DNA of 64,000 nucleotides, taken from NCBI GenBank assembly GCA_963675745.2, contig CAXXWX010000001.1:64001-128000 (forward strand), in the 5' to 3' direction. Made by a program: the position numbers and the translations under genes. The notes beneath the pieces are model-generated. The model saw only the letters and a list, made by a program, of their open reading frames with translations. It was not told the DNA's origin and did no database searches. The stretch comes from Phycisphaerae bacterium (GTDB lineage Bacteria; Planctomycetota; Phycisphaerae; UBA1845; Fen-1342). This document shows positions 41,206 through 49,928 of this stretch, one piece after another (the first letter of the stretch is position 1; every line of letters begins with the position of its first letter).

Positions 41206-42324
41206 GTGTCCCGGGAGCGAACACGAGTGGTCGCAGCAAGGCACAATAACGCAACAGCATTGGCGAGCACAGCCAGCCGGACCCGCCGCGGCCGGGCGCG
41301 CCGGTTCACATGGTCGGTTCGGCTGTTGTTGCACGGCGTGCTGGTTGTCGCCGCGGTCTGGGGCGGGCCGTTGGTCCGTCCAATGGCCATCTGCTCGATA
41401 GTGATGGCGATTCTGGTTGATTTGGACGGCGTGACGCGTCACCTGTTGCGGACCGCCGGGCTGGCGCTGGCCGTCTGGGTGGCCGCGAGCTTTGGCAGTG
41501 CGGCGAATGCGAGCCTGGCGCCGGTATTCGGCACCGGCCGCATACTGGGGATCGGTAACGGCACCATCGCGCTGGGTGTCGGCGTTTTCCTCGCCACCAT
41601 GCTGGTGTCGGGCATATTCACGTGGGGGCTGCGCCGCAGGCCGTGGCTGAGCGCGTTTAACCACGCCGGTGGCGGCGTACTGGGCGCGGCGGAGGGCGCA
41701 TTGCTCATCGCGACGTTGTTCTGGGCGATTCAGATATTCTCCGAACCGATCAAGCTGCTGGCTGAGCAGACGCCCAGCAACGCCGCCAGCAGTCTGTCGC
41801 CGCTTGTGCAGCTTCGCCAACTGGAAGCGCGCTTTGCGGAAGATCCGGCCGCCGGCTTGTTTGCCAAGCACAATTGTCTGGCCGCGTTGCCGTTCATCCA
41901 GAGCGCGCGCAGCGTGGTTGACATCGCGTGCGATCGGTCGGCGATTGCCGCCCTGGCCGACAGCGATGACTTGCGAAGGCTGTTTGAGGAACCGGAGTTT
42001 CAGGCGAAGATCAGTGCGTTGCGCGAGCACCCCGATGTGCAGATCGCGCTACAAGAGCGTGATGTTGCCGCGCTGCTGCGATCGCAACCGCTGGCCGACC
42101 TGATCAATGATCCACAGCTTCTGACCGCCATGCAGACGCACCTGCCGAATCTGAAGACGGCCTTGGGTGAGACCGAACACGCCAAGCTCACCGAGCTGGC
42201 GGCGAATCTCGACGCCGATGAGTTGCGCCGCTTGCAGCGGATGGCTGGTTCGATGCTGGCGCACGTGCGGCTGGGAGAATCAATCGGCCTGGGTCGGGGA
42301 CCACAAACGGCGTGCGCGGATTAG
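41206..42324 (+). CDS. CvpA-family-like membrane protein with soluble C-terminal extension; start uncertain
   Basis: Several TM helices and NHAGGGVLGAAEGALL resembling the CvpA motif. Confidence 0.6.
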   Translation: MSRERTRVVAARHNNATALASTASRTRRGRARRFTWSVRLLLHGVLVVAAVWGGPLVRPMAICSIVMAILVDLDGVTRHLLRTAGLALAVWVAASFGSAANASLAPVFGTGRILGIGNGTIALGVGVFLATMLVSGIFTWGLRRRPWLSAFNHAGGGVLGAAEGALLIATLFWAIQIFSEPIKLLAEQTPSNAASSLSPLVQLRQLEARFAEDPAAGLFAKHNCLAALPFIQSARSVVDIACDRSAIAALADSDDLRRLFEEPEFQAKISALREHPDVQIALQERDVAALLRSQPLADLINDPQLLTAMQTHLPNLKTALGETEHAKLTELAANLDADELRRLQRMAGSMLAHVRLGESIGLGRGPQTACAD

Positions 42325-42340
42325 CGGTGCCTCGGCAGAG

Positions 42341-42372
42341 CGGCAGGTCTGGCTGCACTCGACCTGCCCTAC
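42341..42372 (-). repeat. GTAG-type REP-like palindrome
   Basis: Minus strand GTAG-ggcaggtc...gacctgcc. Confidence 0.6.
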
Positions 42373-42381
42373 ATGTCTATC

Positions 42382-44160
42382 CTACACGGTGGGCGCGGCC
42401 GAAGGCCCGGTTGCGTCGGCCGGCTTCCAGTCGATCACGCGCAGCTCGACCCGGCGCTGGTTGTTCCACTCGTTGATGATCGGCTCGAAGGCAACGCGCA
42501 AGCGCGGGTGTTCGGCGAGCCACTCGACATCCTTGCCTCGGCCAAAGGCGATGGCCTTACGTGTCTCCTGACCTTGCCGCACGCTGAATTGCAGGTGGCT
42601 GCCGTTGCGCCCGACGGCGCGCGGCGGCCCGGCCAACTCGACGACGCCGGTGGCCAGGCGCACTCGGTGGTTGCCCGGGCCGAAGGGGGCCAGGCGTTGC
42701 AACGCATCCACCACGCCCGAATCGAGCTGCGCGAGCGTGACTTCATCGTCGAGATACAGCTTCGGCCGCAGGTCCTTGCTGGTCAGGCACTGGGCCGCCT
42801 CGGCCTGAAACGCCTTGGTGAAATCATCGATCCGCGCTTGCTCGATCTTGACACCCGCGGCCATGGCGTGACCGCCGAAACTTACCAGGTGGGGCGCACA
42901 ACGACTCAGAGCCTCGTGGAGGGGAAACCCCTTGATGCTGCGACCCGAACCCTGGCCGGCCTCGCCATCGAGGGCGATGAGCACCGTCGGACGGTGAAAG
43001 CGATCGACCAGGCGTGAGGCGACAATGCCAACAACGCCGGCATGCCAATCCGCGCTGGCCAACACGATGCCGCGACATGTGTCCCGATCGAAACCCAACT
43101 CGGTCACCAGGGCTTCGGCCTGCTTGGTGATGCCGCGTTCGACGCTTTGCCGCTTGCGATTCTGGGCGTCGAGCGTCTCGGCGATCTGCCGCGCCTGCTC
43201 GGGGCCGGCCCGCGTGAAGAGCTCCACGGCCAGTCGCGCGTGTCCCATGCGGCCGATCGCGTTAAGTCGCGGGGCGAGCATAAAGCCGACATCGTAATCG
43301 TCGTAAGAGCGTTTCTCGGCCAGACCCGACACATCGATCAGCGCGCGCAGGCCGGGATTCTGCGAGTGTTTGAGCTGACGCAGGCCGAACGTCGCGATGA
43401 TGCGGTTCTCGCCGATGAGGGGGACGATGTCGGCAATCAACCCGAGGGCGGCGAATGCGGTCGCATCGAGCAGGAACTCACGCCACTCGGAGCCGACCTG
43501 CCGCGCGCCGCCGAGCTCGCGCGCCAGAGCCCAGACCACCTTGAGGGCCACGGCGGCGCCGCACAGATCGGGATTGCGCGACACGCCGCACGCCGTGGGA
43601 TGCACGATGACATCGGCCGGCGGCAACTCCGAGCGCGGTTCGTGATGGTCGGTGACGACTACGGTCAGACCGAGAGCATTGGCGTGCGCAACCTCCTCGA
43701 GCGCGGTGATGCCGCAGTCCACGCTGATCAGCACATCGGCACCGTCGCCCTTGATCTGATCGATGGCTTCGCGGTTCAGTCCATAGCCTTCATCAAGGCG
43801 GCTGGGAATGTAGAAGCTGACGTCACCGCCCGCGAGCTTGAGCGCGTGCCACAGGATGGCCGTGCCGGTCACGCCGTCGACATCATAATCGCCATAGATC
43901 GTAACCTTGCTCCCGGCACGGATCGCCTGGGCCAGACACGCCCCGGCCTCGACGGCCCCGGGCAACTCCTCGGGTGGGCACAGCTCCTTGAAGTCGGGAT
44001 TCAGAAAACGGTGAATGTCGCCCGCCGACTCGGCACCACGGTTGAGCAGCACCTGGGCGAGCAGCGGTGCGACGCGCGCGGCGGCGGCCAGCTCGTCGCG
44101 TCGCGGATGCGCCACCGCGATGATCCAGTCACGCTCTGGATGGCTCTGGGTGGTAGGGAT
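42382..44160 (-). CDS. recJ: Single-stranded DNA exonuclease RecJ
   Basis: GDYDVDG, SVDCG, TDHH, PRLNAIGR, GVVGIVASRL, GSGRS, GGHAMAAG; start either GTG 44115 or in-frame ATC 44160. Confidence 0.96.
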   Translation of the reverse strand: MPTTQSHPERDWIIAVAHPRRDELAAAARVAPLLAQVLLNRGAESAGDIHRFLNPDFKELCPPEELPGAVEAGACLAQAIRAGSKVTIYGDYDVDGVTGTAILWHALKLAGGDVSFYIPSRLDEGYGLNREAIDQIKGDGADVLISVDCGITALEEVAHANALGLTVVVTDHHEPRSELPPADVIVHPTACGVSRNPDLCGAAVALKVVWALARELGGARQVGSEWREFLLDATAFAALGLIADIVPLIGENRIIATFGLRQLKHSQNPGLRALIDVSGLAEKRSYDDYDVGFMLAPRLNAIGRMGHARLAVELFTRAGPEQARQIAETLDAQNRKRQSVERGITKQAEALVTELGFDRDTCRGIVLASADWHAGVVGIVASRLVDRFHRPTVLIALDGEAGQGSGRSIKGFPLHEALSRCAPHLVSFGGHAMAAGVKIEQARIDDFTKAFQAEAAQCLTSKDLRPKLYLDDEVTLAQLDSGVVDALQRLAPFGPGNHRVRLATGVVELAGPPRAVGRNGSHLQFSVRQGQETRKAIAFGRGKDVEWLAEHPRLRVAFEPIINEWNNQRRVELRVIDWKPADATGPSAAPTV

Positions 44161-44312
44161 TGCTGCGGTCCTCCGGGTTATGCGTTCTGGTGCATAGCGT
44201 AGAGCATTCTGGGCTTTCGCACGACGGCCCGTCCGCGGCCCGGCTGGAGAAATCTCCGCCAGCAGCGTCTTCGGCCGCCAAAGACGGGCGCCGCGCCGGC
44301 TTTGGATCGGGT

Positions 44313-45188
44313 CTAGCCGACGTATTTTGACAGGAGCACGCCGTAACGCCGCGCGGTCTCAGGCGTAATTCGCTTTCGATCTGTCCACAGCGCCAAATCG
44401 AGGGCATCGTGCGCCGGGCTGGGCGGCAGCGGTTTGTCCGCCAGCGCCGCGATCGCCGCGCGCATCAGCGTGATCGCGTTGCCCGTCGCGGCGCGCAGAT
44501 GGCCGATGATCTCTTCAAGCAGCTTCTGTTTCGGCAGGGCCGCGTCGTGCGGTTTCCAGCAATCGTAGTCGGTCACCAGCGCAATGAGCGCATACGCAAT
44601 TTCCGCCTCACGAGCCAGCTTGGCCTCGGGCATGCTGGTCATGCCGATTACGTCCCCCCCCCACTGCTGGTGCATCTTCGCCTCGGCGATCGTGCTGAAG
44701 GCGGGCCCTTCCATGCAGACATATGTTCCGGCGGCGTGCACGGTGGTGTCCACCGCGCCGGTGCTTGCCAGCAGATGCTCGCGGAGTACGTCGCAATACG
44801 GCCGGGAGTACTCCACGTGGGCCACCACGCCTTCGTCAAAGAACGTGGGTGTGCGGCGGAAAGTCTTGTCGATCACCTGGTCAACGATCACGAGGTCGCG
44901 CGGGCGGAATTCCTCGCGCAACGAGCCGACGGCGCCGCTCGCGATGATGTGTGTCACGCCGAGCGACTTCAGCGCGTAGATGTTTGCGCGGTATGGCACC
45001 GTTGAGGGGTTGTAAACGTGCCCGTCGCCGTGTCGGGCTAGGATCGCGAGATCGAGTCCGTGCCACCGGGCGCGGTGAATCGGGCCGCTGGGTTGGCCGA
45101 AGGGGGTCTCGATGAGGCGTTGCTCACCGGCTTGCTCCTGCCCGAGCAGTGCGTCACCCAATCCGGTTCCGCCGATCAATCCAATCAT
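44313..45188 (-). CDS. mtnP: S-methyl-5'-thioadenosine phosphorylase
   Basis: IGGTG, RHG.GH, YRANIYALK, MEGPAFST.AE, GMT..PEAKLAREAE, VTDYDCW. Confidence 0.95.
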   Translation of the reverse strand: MIGLIGGTGLGDALLGQEQAGEQRLIETPFGQPSGPIHRARWHGLDLAILARHGDGHVYNPSTVPYRANIYALKSLGVTHIIASGAVGSLREEFRPRDLVIVDQVIDKTFRRTPTFFDEGVVAHVEYSRPYCDVLREHLLASTGAVDTTVHAAGTYVCMEGPAFSTIAEAKMHQQWGGDVIGMTSMPEAKLAREAEIAYALIALVTDYDCWKPHDAALPKQKLLEEIIGHLRAATGNAITLMRAAIAALADKPLPPSPAHDALDLALWTDRKRITPETARRYGVLLSKYVG

Positions 45189-45263
45189 GCTGCTGCTCCT
45201 GTGTGGCCGGCCCGCCGGCGTATGCTCACGGTCCCGGATTCGCTCGTAGCGGCCGGATAACGA

Positions 45264-45295
45264 TCAGTCCCCCACCTCAAGAGGTGGGGCACCCG
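45264..45295. repeat. REP-like palindrome; a near-identical copy lies inside the TPR gene
   Basis: tcagtcccccacctcaagaggtggggcacccg; stem ccccacctc/gaggtgggg. Confidence 0.75.
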
Positions 45296-45308
45296 ATTGT
45301 GGCGGCCG

Positions 45309-47597
45309 CTACACCTTTTTCAGTGAAGCGTGCTCCAGTATCAGATCCTTCGTGCCGGCGCCGGCGAACACGATCGAGGCCGAGGTCAACCCTCCAACCG
45401 AGCTGATCCGGCGCACGCACCCGATGCCGTATTCCTCGTGCTCGACAAATGTACCGGGCCGCCAGTCGGCGTAAGGGGTAGACGGTTCGTGGTCGCCGCG
45501 ATCGGCGGAGACATCAATCATGCGATCCGCCGGGTCGCCTGGCGCTTCCGTGAAGGAGCGCCGGCGGATACGTCCGGGTTCACCGATTTCCTCCGGCGCA
45601 AGCTGGTCGTCGAGGCGTACGAAGCCGTCGCGCTGATTCGCCCCCCGCCCCCAACGCGGCCTGGCGAACGACTCGGTGAGTATCGCGTCGTCCGGCAATT
45701 CGCGTATGAACTGGGACGTGGCGCGCGGCACCAGGCTGCCCCTGATGAAGCGCTGCCGAGCGTGACTCAGGTACAGTCTCTGCCGGGCCCGCGTGATACC
45801 TACGAAACACAGTCGGCGCTCCTCCTCCACATCACCATCATCCCGCATTAGAGCTTGATCATGTGGCAGCAGGCCTTGCTCCAGGCCGACGATGAACACG
45901 ACTGGAAACTCGAGCCCCTTGGCCGCGTGCAGCGTCAGCAGCAGCACTGCATCCACTTTCTCATCCACGCTGTCCTGGTCGCTGGTCAGGCTGACGCGTT
46001 GGAGAAAATCCTCCAGGCTGCCGTCGTCGAAGTCGTCATCGTATTGCGTCGCAGCGCTCACCAACTCGCGCACGTTGGCCAGCCGGTCTTCGCCCTGCTC
46101 TTCCGACTCTTTCTCCAGGGCGACTTCGAGCCCGGACCGTCGCAGCACCTCGCCGACGGCCTGTGCCACGCGTCCCTCGCAACACGCGCTGATCTCATTG
46201 AGCAGCGCGGCGAACCTGCTCACCTTCTTCGCCGCGGCCGACTTGATCGTCGGCACCTGATCGACCTTTGTTACTGTCTGCAGCAAGGTCTGACCTTCCC
46301 GCTCGGCATGGTCGATCAGGCGCTGCACAGTCGTCGCGCCGATGCCGCGGGCCGGCGTGTTGATGATCCGCAACAGCGCTACCTGGTCGGCGGGATTCAC
46401 GATCACCCGCAGGTATGCCAGCGTGTCCTTGATTTCTTTGCGGTTGTAGAACTCGACGCCGCGCGCTATGCGATACGGAATCCCCTCGGCGCGCAGGGCT
46501 TCCTCCAGACCGCGCGTGATGGCGTTTATGCGGTACGCAATGGCGAAGCTGTTGTACGAGCCGCCGCCGACGTGGAGCTGCGCGATGGTCTCGGCGATGC
46601 GGCGGGCTTCGTCCCGGCCTTCGGCGAATTCCCAGACCGTGACCGGCTCGCCCTCCTCGTTGTTGGTCCAGACGTCTTTGGCCTTGCGGCGCGTATTGCA
46701 GGCAATCAGCTTGGAGGCGGCGCGGCAGATGTGCTTGGTTGAGCGGTAGTTTTCTTCGAGCCGCACGATTCGCGCGTCGGGGAAATCATGTTCGAATTCG
46801 AGGATGTTGCGTATGTTCGCGCCGCGCCAGCCATAGATGCTCTGATCCGGGTCACCAGTCGCACAGATATTGCCGTGGTGCCGCGAGAGCGACCTGGCGA
46901 TGAGATACTGAGCGTGGTTCGTATCCTGGTACTCGTCGATCAGCACGTACTGAAAACGTATGTTGAGCCGCTCGGCGATGTCGGGATGGTCACGCAGCAC
47001 CTGAGCCACACGCATCAGCAGGTCATCGAAATCCACGGCGTTGCGCTGCCTTAGGAGCTGGTCATAGGCATCGTAAACACGCGCGAGCATGCGCTGATCG
47101 TGGAAGCTCGCGCGCTCGGCGAATTCCGCCGGCGTTTGCAGCCGGTTCTTGGCGTGGCTGATCTTGGCCAGGGCCCGCTCGGGGCGCAGCAGTTGCTCGG
47201 GGATGTCGCAGAGCGCGAGGGCGTCTTTGATGACGCGCTTCTGGTCGGTCTGATCGTAGATCGAAAATCCGGGCTGCACGCCGCCGAGAGTGCCGAACTC
47301 GCGGAGCAGCCGCACGCACAACGCGTGAAAAGTGTAGACCCACATGCCGCGCGCCACGCCGAGCGCTTCGATGCGTTGTTTCATCTCGCCGGCGGCCTTG
47401 TTGGTGAACGTGATCGCGAGAATGTTGTGCGGCGCCACGCCGGTGTGCACGAGGTATGCCGTCCGCCGCGTGATTACGCGCGTTTTACCGCTGCCGGGCC
47501 CGGCCAGCACCAGCAACGGGCCGTCGCGGTGCATCACGGCTTGCCGCTGCGGCTCGTTGAGGTTCTGCAGGATCATCGTCGCAGCGCCGCCGGCCAT
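45309..47597 (-). CDS. pcrA: ATP-dependent DNA helicase UvrD/PcrA
   Basis: AGPGSGKT, TFTNKAA, DEYQDTN, GDPDQSIYGWRGA, LEENYRS, TLHAAKGLEF, EEERRL.FVGITRA; alternative start at 47576. Confidence 0.95.
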   Translation of the reverse strand: MAGGAATMILQNLNEPQRQAVMHRDGPLLVLAGPGSGKTRVITRRTAYLVHTGVAPHNILAITFTNKAAGEMKQRIEALGVARGMWVYTFHALCVRLLREFGTLGGVQPGFSIYDQTDQKRVIKDALALCDIPEQLLRPERALAKISHAKNRLQTPAEFAERASFHDQRMLARVYDAYDQLLRQRNAVDFDDLLMRVAQVLRDHPDIAERLNIRFQYVLIDEYQDTNHAQYLIARSLSRHHGNICATGDPDQSIYGWRGANIRNILEFEHDFPDARIVRLEENYRSTKHICRAASKLIACNTRRKAKDVWTNNEEGEPVTVWEFAEGRDEARRIAETIAQLHVGGGSYNSFAIAYRINAITRGLEEALRAEGIPYRIARGVEFYNRKEIKDTLAYLRVIVNPADQVALLRIINTPARGIGATTVQRLIDHAEREGQTLLQTVTKVDQVPTIKSAAAKKVSRFAALLNEISACCEGRVAQAVGEVLRRSGLEVALEKESEEQGEDRLANVRELVSAATQYDDDFDDGSLEDFLQRVSLTSDQDSVDEKVDAVLLLTLHAAKGLEFPVVFIVGLEQGLLPHDQALMRDDGDVEEERRLCFVGITRARQRLYLSHARQRFIRGSLVPRATSQFIRELPDDAILTESFARPRWGRGANQRDGFVRLDDQLAPEEIGEPGRIRRRSFTEAPGDPADRMIDVSADRGDHEPSTPYADWRPGTFVEHEEYGIGCVRRISSVGGLTSASIVFAGAGTKDLILEHASLKKV

Positions 47598-47601
47598 ACC
47601 A

Positions 47602-47644
47602 CCCTCACTCCCCTAATCCCTCACTCCCTCAATCCCTCATTCCC
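47602..47644. repeat. 8-bp tandem repeat (CCCTCAYT-like) x5 filling the intergenic space
   Basis: ccctcact cccctaat ccctcact ccctcaat ccctcatt ccc. Confidence 0.95.
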
Positions 47645-48682
47645 TTAGTCCCTCTCTTCCAACCCCGGCAGCAACTCCGGCTGATAGTTGTTGTAGTGCT
47701 TCCAGCTCTCGATCTGCTCCGCCGTCGGCGCACTGCTCGTGTACGCCGCCCAAACGAGCGCGTTCAGCATGTCGGTGGCGTCCGCCAGGCGGCTTTCAAT
47801 GAACTTCTTGCCGGCGGGGCCGTTTAACTCTCCATCGCGCTCCAGGCGATAAAGTGGCTCGACTTGCGCCAGGCCGCGGCGAATATGCTCGGCGATATCC
47901 TGCCAGGGATCCTCGGCATTCACCTTGCGCGCGAACGTCACGCGCGGCTTCAGCGTTTGGTACGTGATCGCATGGTGCGCGATAACGCCGCCGTCGATGT
48001 ACTTATGGAAAGTCCGCTCGGTGGTGTATCCGTGTGGGTTGTCGCCCGCCCAGCCGTTGTAGTGCTTGGTTGTGTGCAGGGGCTGCGCCGCGTCGGCAAC
48101 GAAGTGGGCCAGGTTACCGAGGTGGTCGATGGCAATGCTGCGGGCCTGGAGCAGTTGATGACGCCGCGCCGGTTCGTCGATCGCCTCGAGGATGCGCACT
48201 TGCTGAAAGGCGGCCTGAAGGTAAGCGTACTCCTCGGAGATTGCGTAGGGCAAAAAGCCCGGCCATTCGTGTATCCGCGCCGCGTCGCCGTCGGCATCGT
48301 AGGCATCGATGCGGTCCGGCTTCGTGTGCTTGGCCAGCACCAGCGCGCGAACGTACTCACGCCGCAACCTGGGTAGCGATTCGAGAGTCAGGCCGAACTG
48401 ATCGAGCAGTTCGACGTCCATAAAATGATCGGGATAGGTGACATGCTGAAGGGGCAGCGCCGGCCAGCCGCGCCACCGATCGACCTGGTTGGATTGAAAG
48501 GCAATCCGGTGACGGACCGATGGGGCGCGCAGCCATGCCGGGGCTTCGGCGGGCAGACCGTCGAGCGCAATGTAAGTAACTGTACGGTGGGTGTGGGCGT
48601 CCCAGGCGTCCGCCCGTTCCGCTGGCATGGCCACGGCCGCAACCAGCATCAGGATCGCAAGGTGGCAAGGGTGTCGCATCAC
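47645..48682 (-). CDS. Secreted S1/P1 nuclease / Zn-phospholipase C fold protein
   Basis: Signal peptide ending ADA, mature N-terminus WDAHTH (W1/H6), HFMD, HFVADAAQPLH, H...D motifs. Confidence 0.82.
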   Translation of the reverse strand: MMRHPCHLAILMLVAAVAMPAERADAWDAHTHRTVTYIALDGLPAEAPAWLRAPSVRHRIAFQSNQVDRWRGWPALPLQHVTYPDHFMDVELLDQFGLTLESLPRLRREYVRALVLAKHTKPDRIDAYDADGDAARIHEWPGFLPYAISEEYAYLQAAFQQVRILEAIDEPARRHQLLQARSIAIDHLGNLAHFVADAAQPLHTTKHYNGWAGDNPHGYTTERTFHKYIDGGVIAHHAITYQTLKPRVTFARKVNAEDPWQDIAEHIRRGLAQVEPLYRLERDGELNGPAGKKFIESRLADATDMLNALVWAAYTSSAPTAEQIESWKHYNNYQPELLPGLEERD

Positions 48683-49014
48683 GGCAAATCTCCCATAACA
48701 TCAGCCCTGTCAAGTGGTTACAGCCACCGAGGGCCATTGCGCCAAGCGTCGCCCCCAGGTATGTGCGTAATAATACCGATGGAAACGTCTTCGCGACAGG
48801 CGCATTGTGTTAGTAGACGTCCGCATTGCTTTCCGACGGCATTTGAATAAACTCCAATATTGCGGCCGAGGTGTTGCTCCCACATGTATGCAATGCCCAA
48901 GTGAAGACAATTAAAGCCGTTGCGGACCTATGAGGTTTGGCGGCGTGTGGTTTCGGACGAGCCGCCCTGCCGGCTCAAAACGGGTATGTTCACCAGAAAC
49001 AAAGGAACGATGAG

Positions 49015-49857
49015 ATGCGATTTACGATAACTGCTGCCGTATTGTTGGTCGGGTTGTACGGGATTACGCCGGCGTTGGCGGACAATTGTGACAAAGACGC
49101 GGCCAAGGCCATGAAGTGCGGCACGAAGTCCGACAAGTGTGATGCCAAGAAGTGCTGCACGACGTCTGACAAGGGTGATGCCAAGAAGTGCTGCGCGGCG
49201 TCCGAAAAGGGCCAGACGACCAAGGTCGTGGCCTATGAGGACAAGGAAGGGCACGACATCCCCAAGGACCAGTGCGCTTCACAGTGTGCGAATAAGGTCG
49301 CCAAGGGCACGCCGCTGATGTGCTTTGTCGTGGGCGACAAGCAGACCAACTGCCCGGGCGAGGCCGAGGAACTGGCAGGTGGCGACGCCAGCAAGATCAA
49401 GTACGCCGTCGGCGAGAAGAAGTACGACAACGAGGCTGATGCCAAGAAGGCATATGGCGAGGCGCTTGACGGCTATCTGAAGGAGATCACGCAGGTTCAG
49501 TATGTGATCGGCAAGGATGTCACCTGCTGCGCCGTGACAGCGGGCTCAATGGCCAAGAAGCAGAATGCGCCGATTCGTTATCGCGTGGCGATGGTCGACT
49601 TCGAGGACAAGAGCGAGGCCGAGAAAGCCGCCAAGCTTGCGACCGAGGCTTCGGAAAAGGTGCATATGACCTGCCTGGTTGATGGCAAGAAATACCAGTG
49701 TGACAAGCAGGCCGAAGCCGCCTGCAAGGCAAGCGGCAAGAAGGCCAAGTTTGTGATCGGCGACGTAACGACCGACTGCGATGTGACGGCGAAGATCCTC
49801 GTGCTCCGGTCGAAGATCGACGCAGCCGCTGAGGCCGTCGCCAAGATCCACGGCTAG
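49015..49857 (+). CDS. Secreted Cys/Lys-rich protein with internal repeats, function unknown
   Basis: Signal peptide ending ALA; 17 Cys; repeated (F/Y)V(V/I)G(D/K)..T.C units. Confidence 0.75.
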   Translation: MRFTITAAVLLVGLYGITPALADNCDKDAAKAMKCGTKSDKCDAKKCCTTSDKGDAKKCCAASEKGQTTKVVAYEDKEGHDIPKDQCASQCANKVAKGTPLMCFVVGDKQTNCPGEAEELAGGDASKIKYAVGEKKYDNEADAKKAYGEALDGYLKEITQVQYVIGKDVTCCAVTAGSMAKKQNAPIRYRVAMVDFEDKSEAEKAAKLATEASEKVHMTCLVDGKKYQCDKQAEAACKASGKKAKFVIGDVTTDCDVTAKILVLRSKIDAAAEAVAKIHG

Positions 49858-49895
49858 GCCGATTCGAACGTAGCCGTACAGGTGACACTCTCAAG

Positions 49896-49928
49896 TCCGT
49901 AGTGGCCGACGCGGTCGGCTGCTACGGA
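49896..49928. terminator. Hairpin between convergent genes
   Basis: tccgtagtggccgac / gtcggctgctacgga. Confidence 0.55.
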
